Assembly (NCBI GenBank): GCA_020632535.1
Contig: JACKFJ010000003.1
Span: forward strand, 38,166-102,165
DNA: 64,000 bases
Source of the DNA: Candidatus Omnitrophota bacterium
Lineage (GTDB): Bacteria; Omnitrophota; Gorgyraeia; Zapsychrales; JANLHA01
Direction: 5' to 3'
The position numbers and the translations under genes were made by a program. The notes below the pieces were generated by a model. The model did no database searches. It saw only the letters and a list, made by a program, of their open reading frames with translations, and was not told the origin of the DNA. Shown here one piece after another: positions 28,489-37,730 of the stretch (position 1 is the stretch's first letter; every line of letters starts with the position of its first letter).

Positions 28489-29621
28489 TGCAGAATCAGA
28501 AGAAAAAATTACGTACCAACAAAATCCTACTTTTTTTATCTTCAGTCAAAATTGCGGTCATTGGTCTTTTTTTACTTTTTATTTTGACGTTTTGGGGCAC
28601 CATCGCACAGGTTGAAAATGGACTTTATGCCGCGCAGGAAAGATATTTCAGTTCTTTCTATTTTCTCGCGATGGGATTCATTCCTTTTCCCGGCGCGCAA
28701 GCAGTCTTGTGGATGCTTTTTATCAATCTTCTTAGCGCCTTTTTTACCCGCATTATTTATGCTAAAGAAAAAATCGGTTTAATCATTATTCATGTGGGAC
28801 TTTTACTTTTTCTCATCACGGCTTTTGTGACATTGCATTCTGTTAAAGAATCGCATCTGACATTGCGCGAAGGTCAATCCGCAAACGTTTCTTCCTCATA
28901 TAAAGACTGGGAAATTGCCTATTGGTCAGGCGCGGGACCAAACAAATCCATTACCGCGATCGATATAGAAAATTTGAAGGAGGGTGATAACTTAAATTTT
29001 GGTGAACTGGGCTTGAATTTTACTGTCAAAGCATTTCACAAAAATTGTCAAGCTTTTGCCGCACCTTTTGCCGGAATTACGGAAAAATATTTTAACGCGG
29101 TGGGTCTTAATATCCTTGAACCAGCACAAATCAATAAAGAACCCGAAAAAAATCTTCCCGGCATTATCCTCCAATTTGTTGATGATCCGGATAACCCGCG
29201 CTTACTATTATTCGGCGGTGAACGCGAACCCACACAACTATCAATCAACGGTAAAGTCATATCGATTATTCTCCGACATAAGCGCTTTCCAATGCCACTT
29301 ACCGTCAAACTTTTGGATTTTATAATGGATAAGCATCCCGGAACAGAAGTGGCCCGCACGTATAAAAGTAAAGTTGAAATCGATCATGATGGGATTAGGC
29401 GTGAAGTTACAATTTCAATGAACGAACCTTTACGTTTTAAGAATTTTACATTCTACCAAGCTTCATATCAAATTGACGCTCTCGGACGTGAAAGTTCGAC
29501 TTTGGCGGTTGTCGAGAACGCGGGAAGACTATTGCCATATATTGCGACTTTTGTCACAGTTTTTGGTCTCGCTTTACACTTTTTATTAGCAGCTTTTCAT
29601 TTTCAACGGAAACGCAAATGA
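28488..29621 (+). CDS. ccsB: Cytochrome c biogenesis protein, System II, ResB/Ccs1-like
   Basis: N-terminal TM helices, a large soluble loop and a C-terminal TM helix. Positioned directly upstream of ccsA and overlapping it. Confidence 0.7.
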   Translation: MQNQKKKLRTNKILLFLSSVKIAVIGLFLLFILTFWGTIAQVENGLYAAQERYFSSFYFLAMGFIPFPGAQAVLWMLFINLLSAFFTRIIYAKEKIGLIIIHVGLLLFLITAFVTLHSVKESHLTLREGQSANVSSSYKDWEIAYWSGAGPNKSITAIDIENLKEGDNLNFGELGLNFTVKAFHKNCQAFAAPFAGITEKYFNAVGLNILEPAQINKEPEKNLPGIILQFVDDPDNPRLLLFGGEREPTQLSINGKVISIILRHKRFPMPLTVKLLDFIMDKHPGTEVARTYKSKVEIDHDGIRREVTISMNEPLRFKNFTFYQASYQIDALGRESSTLAVVENAGRLLPYIATFVTVFGLALHFLLAAFHFQRKRK

Positions 29622-31549
29622 AATACAAAAACCAATTTCTTCTTAGCATTTTATTTATTGTCTTCGGCCTATTGGTTATTTTTGTTCCTAACAAAAAAAT
29701 TGCCAAACCAGAAGCAGAGCACCAGACACAACCACGGTCGAGCATCGATCATTTACAAATGTTTGGACGTGTCGCTGTGCTCGATGAAGGCAGAATCAAG
29801 CCACTAGATACTTACGCCCGCAATGTTTTACTCCAGTTTTCCGGCAAACGGACTTTTGAAACAAAACCGGCAATCAATTGGTTAGCCAAAGTTTTATTTA
29901 CGCCATGGAACACATACGAGGACAAAATCTTTTTGATCAACAGTCCGGAAATTCCTATGGCGCTTAACATTAAAACTGATCCACACCGACGCTATAGCTT
30001 TTCACAAATCGAGCAAGGGCTGGCCAAACTGCGACAGTTAGCTGTTGCGGCCGAAGCAATTGAACAAAAGGAACGCAATATCGTAGAAAATGAAATATTG
30101 CGTGTTTATCATAATCTAAATTTGTATTTGCAATTGCGTAGTACTTTTTCTTTTACAATTCCACATCCCGACTTTACGGTTCAAGAAACCGCGGCAAAAA
30201 CATCTCTAGATTTTTCTGAATCCAAGAGTGATTTCAGTTTTTTGGATATCGCTCTCAAAGCAGATTTGCTAAATGAAGAAACACAGGATCTAGAAAAGAA
30301 AAAATCAGATATTTGGAGCGCGTCAGAAAAGGAATTTATGCGACTCCTGCGCAATTTATACCAATGGTCGCTTAATTCCAGCCGAGGTGGGCTGGCTCTA
30401 ATTCCACCGGTGTATCCCGCGGATGAAGCATGGAATACGCCGTGGGAAGTTGCTCGACAAAGCTTTTCGAACCAAGACATACGCCATGAACTGGGTTTAA
30501 TTCAAAATATGGCAAATGCGTATCTATACGAGCAACAGCTGGAATTTAATATTGCCGCGAAAGCCTTTAATCTCGCGACTCAAACCCGCTTGTCAAAATC
30601 ACAAAAGAAAGCTACAACAAAAATTCCTTTCGAACTTTTTTATAATCAAAGCCAATTATTTTTTTACGCTTGGATTTTCTATTTACTCGCGTTTTTCTTG
30701 TTTTTATTATCCTTGATATGGCCGCGGCCATTGATGCATACCATTGGGTTTTGTGTCCTTGTGATTGCTTTTATTCCACATCTTATGGCTTTGATTCTGC
30801 GCGCAATTATAATGACGCGGCCACCCGTAACAAATTTGTATGAAACATTTATTTTTGTGGGATTTATCACCGTACTCTTAGGCATTGTCACAGAACTATT
30901 TCATCGAAAGTGGCTTGGCATTGTTGTGGGAAGCATTTGCGGTTTAATTTTCTTATCGATTGCGGATAAATTTAGCGCCGAAGGGGACACATTGCGCATG
31001 TTAGTCGCGGTGCTTAATTCAAACTTTTGGCTAGGCACGCATGTCGTTTCAATCACAATCGGTTACTCGGGGTGTTGCGTCGCGGGAATTATGGGACATG
31101 TTTATATTCTCCAAGCACTCTCCAAACCCAAGGACACGGAATTGCTCAATTCAACACACCGATATATTCTTGGAATTCTCGGGTTTGGCTTAACCATGTC
31201 TTTTTTAGGCACAATGCTAGGAGGAATTTGGGCAGATCAATCATGGGGACGGTTTTGGGGTTGGGATCCGAAAGAAAATGGTGCTTTATTAATTGTGTTA
31301 TGGACGGCCATTGTTTTTCATGCCAAAGTCGCACGAATGATTCGGCCTCTGGGTGTTGCTGTTGGCGCTTCACTTGGTCTTGTCGTCGTTATGTGGGCAT
31401 GGTTCGGTGTTAATCTCCTAAGCATTGGACTACACTCATATGGATTTACGTCAGGCTTAGCCGTAAATCTTTTCATCTATGCCGTCCTGGAAGTTCTTTT
31501 TCTTAGCGTCAGTGTTATTCTTTTGCGAAGAAAAAATATTTTTCTTTAA
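29618..31549 (+). CDS. ccsA: Cytochrome c biogenesis protein CcsA (System II heme handling)
   Basis: W-rich motif WGRFWGWDPKENGALL with flanking conserved His residues. It has a long N-terminal extension. Confidence 0.85.
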   Translation: MKYKNQFLLSILFIVFGLLVIFVPNKKIAKPEAEHQTQPRSSIDHLQMFGRVAVLDEGRIKPLDTYARNVLLQFSGKRTFETKPAINWLAKVLFTPWNTYEDKIFLINSPEIPMALNIKTDPHRRYSFSQIEQGLAKLRQLAVAAEAIEQKERNIVENEILRVYHNLNLYLQLRSTFSFTIPHPDFTVQETAAKTSLDFSESKSDFSFLDIALKADLLNEETQDLEKKKSDIWSASEKEFMRLLRNLYQWSLNSSRGGLALIPPVYPADEAWNTPWEVARQSFSNQDIRHELGLIQNMANAYLYEQQLEFNIAAKAFNLATQTRLSKSQKKATTKIPFELFYNQSQLFFYAWIFYLLAFFLFLLSLIWPRPLMHTIGFCVLVIAFIPHLMALILRAIIMTRPPVTNLYETFIFVGFITVLLGIVTELFHRKWLGIVVGSICGLIFLSIADKFSAEGDTLRMLVAVLNSNFWLGTHVVSITIGYSGCCVAGIMGHVYILQALSKPKDTELLNSTHRYILGILGFGLTMSFLGTMLGGIWADQSWGRFWGWDPKENGALLIVLWTAIVFHAKVARMIRPLGVAVGASLGLVVVMWAWFGVNLLSIGLHSYGFTSGLAVNLFIYAVLEVLFLSVSVILLRRKNIFL

Positions 31550-31557
31550 AGGTGAAT

Positions 31558-31725
31558 ATGTTTAATATTGGGATCAGCGAACTTATTATTGTCTTTTTGG
31601 CCATCTTCTTATTATTTGGACCAGAAGCATTGCCGCAGATTGCCAAAGAAATAGGCTCTTTTCTCGCTAAATTAAAGAAAAGTATTGAAGAAATAAAGAA
31701 TGATACGGATCATCAACCAAAATAA
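31558..31725 (+). CDS. tatA: Twin-arginine translocase TatA/E-family protein (55 aa, below the ORF-track cutoff)
   Basis: My translation is MFNIGISELIIVFLAIFLLFGPEALPQIAKEIGSFLAKLKKSIEEIKNDTDHQPK: a TM helix, an FG hinge and an amphipathic helix. There is an aaagg SD 6 nt upstream. Confidence 0.8.
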   Translation: MFNIGISELIIVFLAIFLLFGPEALPQIAKEIGSFLAKLKKSIEEIKNDTDHQPK

Positions 31726-31728
31726 AAA

Positions 31729-31758
31729 GGGCAGGATCATAAAATAATGATCCCGCCC
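31729..31758. terminator. Intergenic hairpin between convergent tatA and the OMP gene
   Basis: gggcaggatcat-aaaata-atgatcccgccc, a 12-bp stem with one mismatch. A T-tract follows on the minus strand (cctttttatttt), so it looks more like the OMP-gene terminator. Confidence 0.55.
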
Positions 31759-31781
31759 AATCTAAATGAACAACCCACAAA

Positions 31782-32579
31782 TTAGAATTTATATTTCAAA
31801 CCGGCTGTAAATTGTGTGTCGGTTTTCTTTTTTCCTGCCGCAGGTTCAGAGTTATAATCCAAAACATATTTTAATTCCAAATCCATGCTTTCAGTTAGTG
31901 AATTGACAAAAGCTGATTCTGAACGAAGCAATACACCAGAATCACTTTTTAATCCCGGATAAACCGTGAGGTCTTCTGAAATAAATGCCCTTTCAAGAAC
32001 TTGCTTTTTAGCAAAAGTGTGCATAATCGCGGTTAAGGCTTCATCATCCGCCGCTTCATTAACACGATGACGTGTGATTCGATAACCAAGACCAGCATCG
32101 ACATCCCACATCCATTCCTCACTTTTAGCAATATGATAACCCAATCCAGAACTGGGCGTAATGCGATAATCAATATCAGAAAAGTAATCATGGTCAACAT
32201 ACACTTGCGTAAAACTAAACCAGTTTTCATCTTGGCCAAAATCATGGGAAAACTTGGCTAGCGCGTCCCATTTCTGTCCATCCATTCGTTTATCAGATTC
32301 TGAATAAAACAGATTTCCCTTCAATAAAAATTGCGAACTGTCGAATTTCTTTAAAGCGCTCACGCCAAAACTTCCAGACGCTTTCTTCGTATTGCCTCCT
32401 GTCATGGTGTATCCAGCAGAAACATCACCTGACCAACCCGAGAGTAAACCTTCTGTCGCGACCATGTCTTCCGCAAACGCGGTAGAAATTAAAGTTGCCA
32501 TAACTAAAACAAAACTCAAACTTGTTACTTTAAATATTCGTGTGAAATTCATTACGCCTCCTTTAAGGATTTTTAACAT
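31782..32579 (-). CDS. Outer-membrane beta-barrel protein (DUF481/YdiY-like, tentative)
   Basis: Signal peptide ...ATLISTAFA, alternating beta-strand pattern and a C-terminal ...GLKYKF. A more likely start is the internal ATG at 32552 (MNFTRIF...). Confidence 0.6.
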   Translation of the reverse strand: MLKILKGGVMNFTRIFKVTSLSFVLVMATLISTAFAEDMVATEGLLSGWSGDVSAGYTMTGGNTKKASGSFGVSALKKFDSSQFLLKGNLFYSESDKRMDGQKWDALAKFSHDFGQDENWFSFTQVYVDHDYFSDIDYRITPSSGLGYHIAKSEEWMWDVDAGLGYRITRHRVNEAADDEALTAIMHTFAKKQVLERAFISEDLTVYPGLKSDSGVLLRSESAFVNSLTESMDLELKYVLDYNSEPAAGKKKTDTQFTAGLKYKF

Positions 32580-32604
32580 TTATAAAAGTTTCGTTAATCC
32601 TATC

Positions 32605-32943
32605 CTACTTCTTAACCGTCTCAGCTTGATTCTTGGTCAAGTGATTCATCCCTTTAATAACACTAAACATACAAATCGCTACAACAATAAAATTGATCAG
32701 TTTATTGATAAATAAGCCGTACTTAATAGACACTGCGGGAGCGGTGTCAACAGCTTCCTTAATCACAATCTGTAAATTCGCAAAATCGACTCCTCCAATC
32801 ACATACCCAAGCGGCGGCATGACAATATCATTAACCAGAGAATTGACAACACCACCAAAAGCCGCGCCAATAACAATACCGACCGCCATTTCAACCGCGT
32901 TCCCTTTTACAGCAAACTCCTTAAACTCTTTAGCAATTGACAT
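32605..32943 (-). CDS. mscL: Large-conductance mechanosensitive channel
   Basis: MSIAKEFKEFAVKGNAVEMAVGIVIGAAFGGVVNSLVNDIVMPPLG. There is a GGAGG SD before the ATG at 32943. The track start at 32985 adds 14 unlikely residues. Confidence 0.9.
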   Translation of the reverse strand: MSIAKEFKEFAVKGNAVEMAVGIVIGAAFGGVVNSLVNDIVMPPLGYVIGGVDFANLQIVIKEAVDTAPAVSIKYGLFINKLINFIVVAICMFSVIKGMNHLTKNQAETVKK

Positions 32944-33036
32944 TTTTTTGTCCTCCCTAAAATTTAAAAAAAACGATTTTAACACTTTTTAACAAATTGA
33001 CAAATTGTTTTTCTACGAAAGAGATTATTTTGTTTG

Positions 33037-33065
33037 ATGACAATTTGAATTTATCAGGTTATAAT
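33037..33065 (+). promoter_or_regulatory. Candidate promoter placing the moeA ATG at or next to the transcription start
   Basis: ATGACA (33037-33042), a 17-nt spacer, TATAAT (33060-33065). The ATG is at 33073 and there is no SD. Confidence 0.3.
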
Positions 33066-33072
33066 TCAAAAC

Positions 33073-34260
33073 ATGAAATTACTTACTGCTCCCATGGCCG
33101 AAAGAATTGTCCTCGAAGCCGCAAAGCCTGCTCGTGCTGTTTTAATTGAACTTTCCGAATGTTATGGTCAAGTGCTCGCTGAAAATATTTATGCTGACCG
33201 CGATCAACCTTCAACTGATCGCTCAGCAATGGACGGAATTGCGATTTCTTTTAGCAGCTGGCAAAAGGGAACACATAATTTCCGTATTGAAGGAATTCAA
33301 AAAGCCGGTATCGCGCAAAAAAAACTATCGAAAAAGGATGGCTGTTTTGAAATCATGACCGGTGCTGTTATTCCACAAGGATGTGATTGTGTCATTCCTG
33401 TAGAAATGGTAAATATCATCAAGGGTCGAGCTATTATCAAAACTGATACCAAAATTAATCGTTTTCAATTTATCCGTAAGCAGGGGAGTGAGTATAAAAA
33501 AGGAACATTGCTTCTCGAAGAAGGAACAGAAATCGGTCCGACACACATTGCTGTGGCGGCAGCCGTTGGCAAAGATAAAGTCGCGGTTTATTCGCCCAAA
33601 ATTGCAGTAATCGATACCGGCGATGAACTTGTGGATGTGAATAAACCAATCAAATTGCATCAAACTCGACGGTCCAATGCTTATGCGCTTGAGGCTTTAT
33701 TCCACTGCCATGGTTTTCGTGCTGTTACAAAATTCCATCTCAGTGATAATATTTTGAAATTAGAAGCCAATATCACATGGATCCTTGCCAATTACGATGT
33801 GATTGTTTTGAGTGGCGGCGTTTCGATTGGGAAATTTGATTTTGTACCCCAAGTTTTAACCAAACTCAATATTAAAAATCTCTTTCACAAAGTCGCACAG
33901 CGGCCCGGTCGACCATTATGGTTTGGGGTGAGCCAAAGCGGGCAAACGGTTTTTGGTTTACCGGGCAATCCCGTTTCAACAATTGTTTGTGCTTCACGCT
34001 ATGTTTTGCCACATCTTAAAAAATCCTGTGGTTTTAAGAATTTCACCCCATTGGTCAAATTAGCCAAGTCTATAAAACGAAATCCCCGTTTAACATTACT
34101 TTTACCCGTTTCAATCAACACATCCCGTGAAGTTCGTCTTGTTGGTTACGCTGGATCTGGTGATTATAGCGCGTTAACCGAATCCGATGGCTTTGTTCAA
34201 ATCGCGCGCGGCAAGGGCGTTTTGAAAAAAGGGACAAAGGTTAGATTCTTCAAATGGTAA
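33073..34260 (+). CDS. moeA: Molybdopterin molybdotransferase
   Basis: 395 aa with SAMDGIA, TGDEL, GGVSIGKFDF and LPGNPVS motifs. Confidence 0.85.
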   Translation: MKLLTAPMAERIVLEAAKPARAVLIELSECYGQVLAENIYADRDQPSTDRSAMDGIAISFSSWQKGTHNFRIEGIQKAGIAQKKLSKKDGCFEIMTGAVIPQGCDCVIPVEMVNIIKGRAIIKTDTKINRFQFIRKQGSEYKKGTLLLEEGTEIGPTHIAVAAAVGKDKVAVYSPKIAVIDTGDELVDVNKPIKLHQTRRSNAYALEALFHCHGFRAVTKFHLSDNILKLEANITWILANYDVIVLSGGVSIGKFDFVPQVLTKLNIKNLFHKVAQRPGRPLWFGVSQSGQTVFGLPGNPVSTIVCASRYVLPHLKKSCGFKNFTPLVKLAKSIKRNPRLTLLLPVSINTSREVRLVGYAGSGDYSALTESDGFVQIARGKGVLKKGTKVRFFKW

Positions 34261-34862
34261 ATCGACATTATCCGATTTATGGCTTAGTGCTAACGGGTGG
34301 TCAAAGCCGGCGCATGAAGAAAGATAAAGCACGCCTCAAATTTCATCAGCATGAACAAGCCCGTCACGCTTACGAACTTTTATTAAAAATCTGCGAAAAA
34401 GTTTTTATTTCAAATCGCAAAGAACAGAAGAATATTATTGGACAAAAGGGATTGCCGCAAATCCACGATTTGAGGAAGTTTCAAAATATGGGTCCCTTAT
34501 CAGGAATCCTTTCGGCAATGTCAAAATTTCCCAATACAAGCTGGTTGGTTTTAGCCTGCGACTTACCGTTTGTTGATGAAAAAACTTTAAAGCATTTGCT
34601 AAGGTATCGTGACGCAACCAAAATTGCAACATCATATCGCAGTCGTTTTAACGATTTACCAGAACCTTTATGCACAATTTATGAACCAAAAGCACAAAAA
34701 CGTATACTCTCATTTTTAAAGCGAGATGTCATTTGCCCTCGTAAAATTTTAATCAATTGCAAAACACGATTATTAAAACTTAAAAACAAAAAAGCTTTGG
34801 ATAATATCAATACGCCAAAAGAGTATCGACAAGCACGTGCCGCATTGAGACTAAAAATCTAA
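34254..34862 (+). CDS. mobA: Molybdenum cofactor guanylyltransferase
   Basis: GLVLTGGQSRRM N-terminal motif and LVLACDLPF. Overlaps moeA by 7 nt. Confidence 0.8.
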   Translation: MVNRHYPIYGLVLTGGQSRRMKKDKARLKFHQHEQARHAYELLLKICEKVFISNRKEQKNIIGQKGLPQIHDLRKFQNMGPLSGILSAMSKFPNTSWLVLACDLPFVDEKTLKHLLRYRDATKIATSYRSRFNDLPEPLCTIYEPKAQKRILSFLKRDVICPRKILINCKTRLLKLKNKKALDNINTPKEYRQARAALRLKI

Positions 34863-34870
34863 CGTGTGTG

Positions 34871-34952
34871 ACCCTGTACGAGGAATAAAGTGAGGAAGCA
34901 TTCTCGAGGGTGACAAAATAGATTGCTTCGTCGGTGACGCTCCTCGCAATGG
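34871..34952. repeat. Palindromic repeat locus R6 (degenerate cattgcgag-type module)
   Basis: agattgcttcgtcggtgacgctcctcgcaatgg (34920-34952), preceded by a decayed partner arm ccctgtacgaggaataaagtgaggaagc. Confidence 0.7.
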
Positions 34953-34962
34953 TACAAATTTT

Positions 34963-35208
34963 ATGACTAAAACCATTCAAATTCAATACTTTGCCATTCT
35001 GCGGGAACAAAGAGGTGTAAGCGCGGAAAGTTTCGTGACAACGGCCACGACAGCGCGGGAACTTTATAGCCAGATACAATCGCAACATCGTTTGAGTCTA
35101 CCTCCAGATCTAGTCCGCGTTTCAATTAACAATGAATTTAAAAATTGGGATACTGTCCTAACCTCTGGTGACCACATCGTTTTCATTCCACCCGTAGCGG
35201 GTGGCTAA
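34963..35208 (+). CDS. moaD: Molybdopterin synthase sulfur-carrier subunit (ubiquitin-like, C-terminal GG)
   Basis: 81 aa ending ...FIPPVAGG. Confidence 0.8.
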   Translation: MTKTIQIQYFAILREQRGVSAESFVTTATTARELYSQIQSQHRLSLPPDLVRVSINNEFKNWDTVLTSGDHIVFIPPVAGG

Positions 35209-35225
35209 CAAGTTAAATATTCCGG

Positions 35226-35254
35226 TTGCGGGCACAAAAGGTTTTTGCTATACT
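35226..35254 (+). promoter_or_regulatory. Candidate sigma70 promoter of the hemA-atp-bc array
   Basis: TTGCGG (35226-35231), a 17-nt spacer, TATACT (35249-35254), 41 nt upstream of the hemA ATG. Confidence 0.45.
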
Positions 35255-35295
35255 CTTGCTTTCGCAGTTGTCGAACACCGTAAAATTCAATTTCG

Positions 35296-36381
35296 ATGTC
35301 AATGTTGTTGGAGAACCTTGTGCAAACCAAAATTGCCGTCATCGGTATCAATCACAAAAAAGCCCCAATCGAGATCCGAGAACGTTTTTCCCTGTCTGAT
35401 ACCGAACAGAAACTTCTTTTGAGCGAACTCAAAAACCGCCCTGATGTTATTGAAGCATTTGTTCTTTCAACGTGCAATCGTGTCGAAGTTTATGCCAATC
35501 TTCTGAATCAATCACAAGACCCATTTTTCCTTTTGGAAGTCATTTGCCAAATTAAGAAAATCAATTTTACCCCAAATTTACGAGAATATTTTTATACCCA
35601 CACCAATAAAAACGCCACACGTCACTTATTAAGAGTAACGTCCGGTCTTGACTCCCTCATCCTTGGTGAAAAGCAAATTTTAGGTCAAGTTAAAATCGCA
35701 GTCGCGCAAGCACAAGAACTCTCATTATTTCATCATCAATTTAATATTCTGTCTAATCTCGCAATTCGCACTGGTAAAAAAGCACAGTCTGAAACCGAAA
35801 TCAGCTGGGGAGGATCTTCCGTCGGATGGGCGGCAGTTGTTCACGCCGAAAAAATTCTCGAAACCTTACAAAATAAAACTGTATTAGTTATTGGTGCTGG
35901 TAAAATGAGCGCTCTTACTCTGCAACATATGAGCGGCAAGAATTTGAAAAAGCTTTATTTAATGAATCGCACGCATGAAAAAGCAGCCCCAATCGCTCAA
36001 AATTATGCTGCCGAGCTTGTTTCTCTCTATGATCTAAAAGAAATCTTAACCAAAGTCGATGTTTGTATTTGTGCCGTTGCAGCACCGCACTACATCATTG
36101 AAAAAGAACTTCTGTCAACAGTGATGACAGCACGTGATCAACGTCCGCTTCTAATGATTGACATTGCTGTCCCACGTAACGTTGATCCAACGGCCGGACA
36201 AATTCCCGGAGTTGAAGTTTGCACAGTTGATGACTTAGAAGTCGTCATCACTCAAACCATGGCAAAGCGTCAAGCGGCGATCAAGGCCGTGGAACATATT
36301 GTTGAGAATAAGCTTGCCGAATTTTACGAAAAAATCCAAAAGATTAAGAATCTTGGTGATTCTATCGAGGTTACAAAATGA
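35296..36381 (+). CDS. hemA: Glutamyl-tRNA reductase
   Basis: GINHKKAPIEIRERF, STCNRVEVY (catalytic Cys), GLDSLILGE.QILGQVK and the GAGKM NADPH fold. Confidence 0.9.
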   Translation: MSMLLENLVQTKIAVIGINHKKAPIEIRERFSLSDTEQKLLLSELKNRPDVIEAFVLSTCNRVEVYANLLNQSQDPFFLLEVICQIKKINFTPNLREYFYTHTNKNATRHLLRVTSGLDSLILGEKQILGQVKIAVAQAQELSLFHHQFNILSNLAIRTGKKAQSETEISWGGSSVGWAAVVHAEKILETLQNKTVLVIGAGKMSALTLQHMSGKNLKKLYLMNRTHEKAAPIAQNYAAELVSLYDLKEILTKVDVCICAVAAPHYIIEKELLSTVMTARDQRPLLMIDIAVPRNVDPTAGQIPGVEVCTVDDLEVVITQTMAKRQAAIKAVEHIVENKLAEFYEKIQKIKNLGDSIEVTK

Positions 36382-36692
36382 TTCTTGAACAAATTATCAT
36401 TTTAGGATTCAGTTTATTTTTATTCATCGGCGCATATTTTGGCGTAAAAGCAAAAAGCAAGATTTCCTTAATTATGGGGGTTGCGGCGGGAACACTCATC
36501 CTTATCGGCGATTTAATTCTGCGGTTTAATCAAAAAGCAGGGTTACTTTTTTTAATGGTCATTGCCGGGCTTTTAATCGTAAGTTTTGTTCAGCGCGTTC
36601 TTAAAACCAAGAAAATGATGCCAGCAGGAATGCTTTTGATTACCAGTGTTTTGTTTTTTACGTTTATTCTTTTTAAATTTCTCAAATTTTAA
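36378..36692 (+). CDS. Small 4-TM membrane protein (TMEM14-like, tentative)
   Basis: 104 aa with four hydrophobic helices and a GAYFGVKAKSKISLIMG pattern. Overlaps the hemA stop (ATGA). Confidence 0.45.
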   Translation: MILEQIIILGFSLFLFIGAYFGVKAKSKISLIMGVAAGTLILIGDLILRFNQKAGLLFLMVIAGLLIVSFVQRVLKTKKMMPAGMLLITSVLFFTFILFKFLKF

Positions 36693-36699
36693 TACGATC

Positions 36700-37476
36700 A
36701 TGAGCAGTCCAAGCAAAGAATTTAATCTCGAAGAGTATATTTTGCATCACATGCAGAACGGATACCAATGGAATTTGCCTTTTTTACCACCCATTGAACT
36801 TCCTAGTATGATTAGCCTGCATGCGCTAATGATTCTCTTTGGAACTGGTGGATTACTCCTCTTGTTCGGTGCGGGATACCGATATGAACAAAAAGTTCCA
36901 TCCGGCATCACCAATGCGCTGGAAGCAATTGTTCTTTTTATTCGAGATAAAATCGCGATCCCAAACTTGGGTCAAGACGACGGACGAAAATTTACACCAT
37001 TTTTATGCACACTGTTCTTTTTTATTTTAATTTTGAATCTTTTAAGTATGATTCCATTATTTTCAACAGCCACAGGAAATATTAATGTCACGACATCATT
37101 GGCACTAATCATTTTTAGCTTTATGACCTTTGGCGCAATTCAACGCAAGGGGATACTGGCATTTTTTAAATCGTTTCTCATCCCGGGCATCGCGTGGCCC
37201 ATGCAATTGATTATTGTCCTTTTAGAAATTTTAGGACTCTTTACCCGAACATTTGCATTGACCATTCGTCTTTTTGCTAATATGCTTGCCGGACACATGG
37301 TTGTTCTTGCCTTTTTAGGTTTAGTAGCATTATTTGGTTGGGCGATATTACCGGTTTCGATTGGTTTAGCTGTTTTTATTTTACTTTTGGAAGTTCTCGT
37401 TGTCTTTCTTCAAGCATATATTTTTACACTCTTGGCAGCAATTTTTATCGGGCAGGCATATAGCACACATCACTAG
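36700..37476 (+). CDS. atpB: F0F1 ATP synthase subunit a
   Basis: ALTIRLFANMLAGH with the essential Arg. ATG at 36700, which is after the upstream stop at 36692. Confidence 0.9.
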   Translation: MSSPSKEFNLEEYILHHMQNGYQWNLPFLPPIELPSMISLHALMILFGTGGLLLLFGAGYRYEQKVPSGITNALEAIVLFIRDKIAIPNLGQDDGRKFTPFLCTLFFFILILNLLSMIPLFSTATGNINVTTSLALIIFSFMTFGAIQRKGILAFFKSFLIPGIAWPMQLIIVLLEILGLFTRTFALTIRLFANMLAGHMVVLAFLGLVALFGWAILPVSIGLAVFILLLEVLVVFLQAYIFTLLAAIFIGQAYSTHH

Positions 37477-37494
37477 TTAAAAAAAGGAGTCAAA

Positions 37495-37716
37495 ATGGAA
37501 ACAGAAACAGTTTTAATTAAAGGTTCAATTACACTTATCGGCGCGGGTTTAGCTGCGATCGGCGGCGGAATTGGCATTGGTTGGATTGGCGCGGCTGCCG
37601 TTTCCGGAATTGCCCGTCAACCGGAAGCCGAAGGAACAATTTTAAAAAGCATGATTATTGCCGCGGCCCTTGTTGAAGCTCCTGTATTCGCGGCCATTGT
37701 CTTTTGTATTCTTTAA
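37495..37716 (+). CDS. atpE: F0F1 ATP synthase subunit c
   Basis: 73-aa hairpin with the loop GIARQPE and a second helix carrying the carboxylate (ALVEA). There is an aaggag SD. Confidence 0.9.
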   Translation: METETVLIKGSITLIGAGLAAIGGGIGIGWIGAAAVSGIARQPEAEGTILKSMIIAAALVEAPVFAAIVFCIL

Positions 37717-37730
37717 CGAGTATCATTACT

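Noticed and set aside
32986-33072. Moco riboswitch upstream of moeA (and at 34863-34962 upstream of moaD)
   Set aside because: The regions are short and AT-rich, or occupied by repeat R6. I could not find the conserved Moco-motif helices.
35201-35422. 73-aa ORF overlapping the moaD end and the hemA start
   Set aside because: It spans the predicted hemA promoter and overlaps hemA out of frame. It shows no motifs, and hemA is strongly supported.
36378-36692. Small membrane protein upstream of atpB as ATP synthase protein I (AtpI/AtpZ)
   Set aside because: The position fits, but the sequence pattern (four helices, GxxxGxxKxxSxxSLxxG) looks more TMEM14-like. It cannot be decided by eye, so I left it as an unknown membrane protein.
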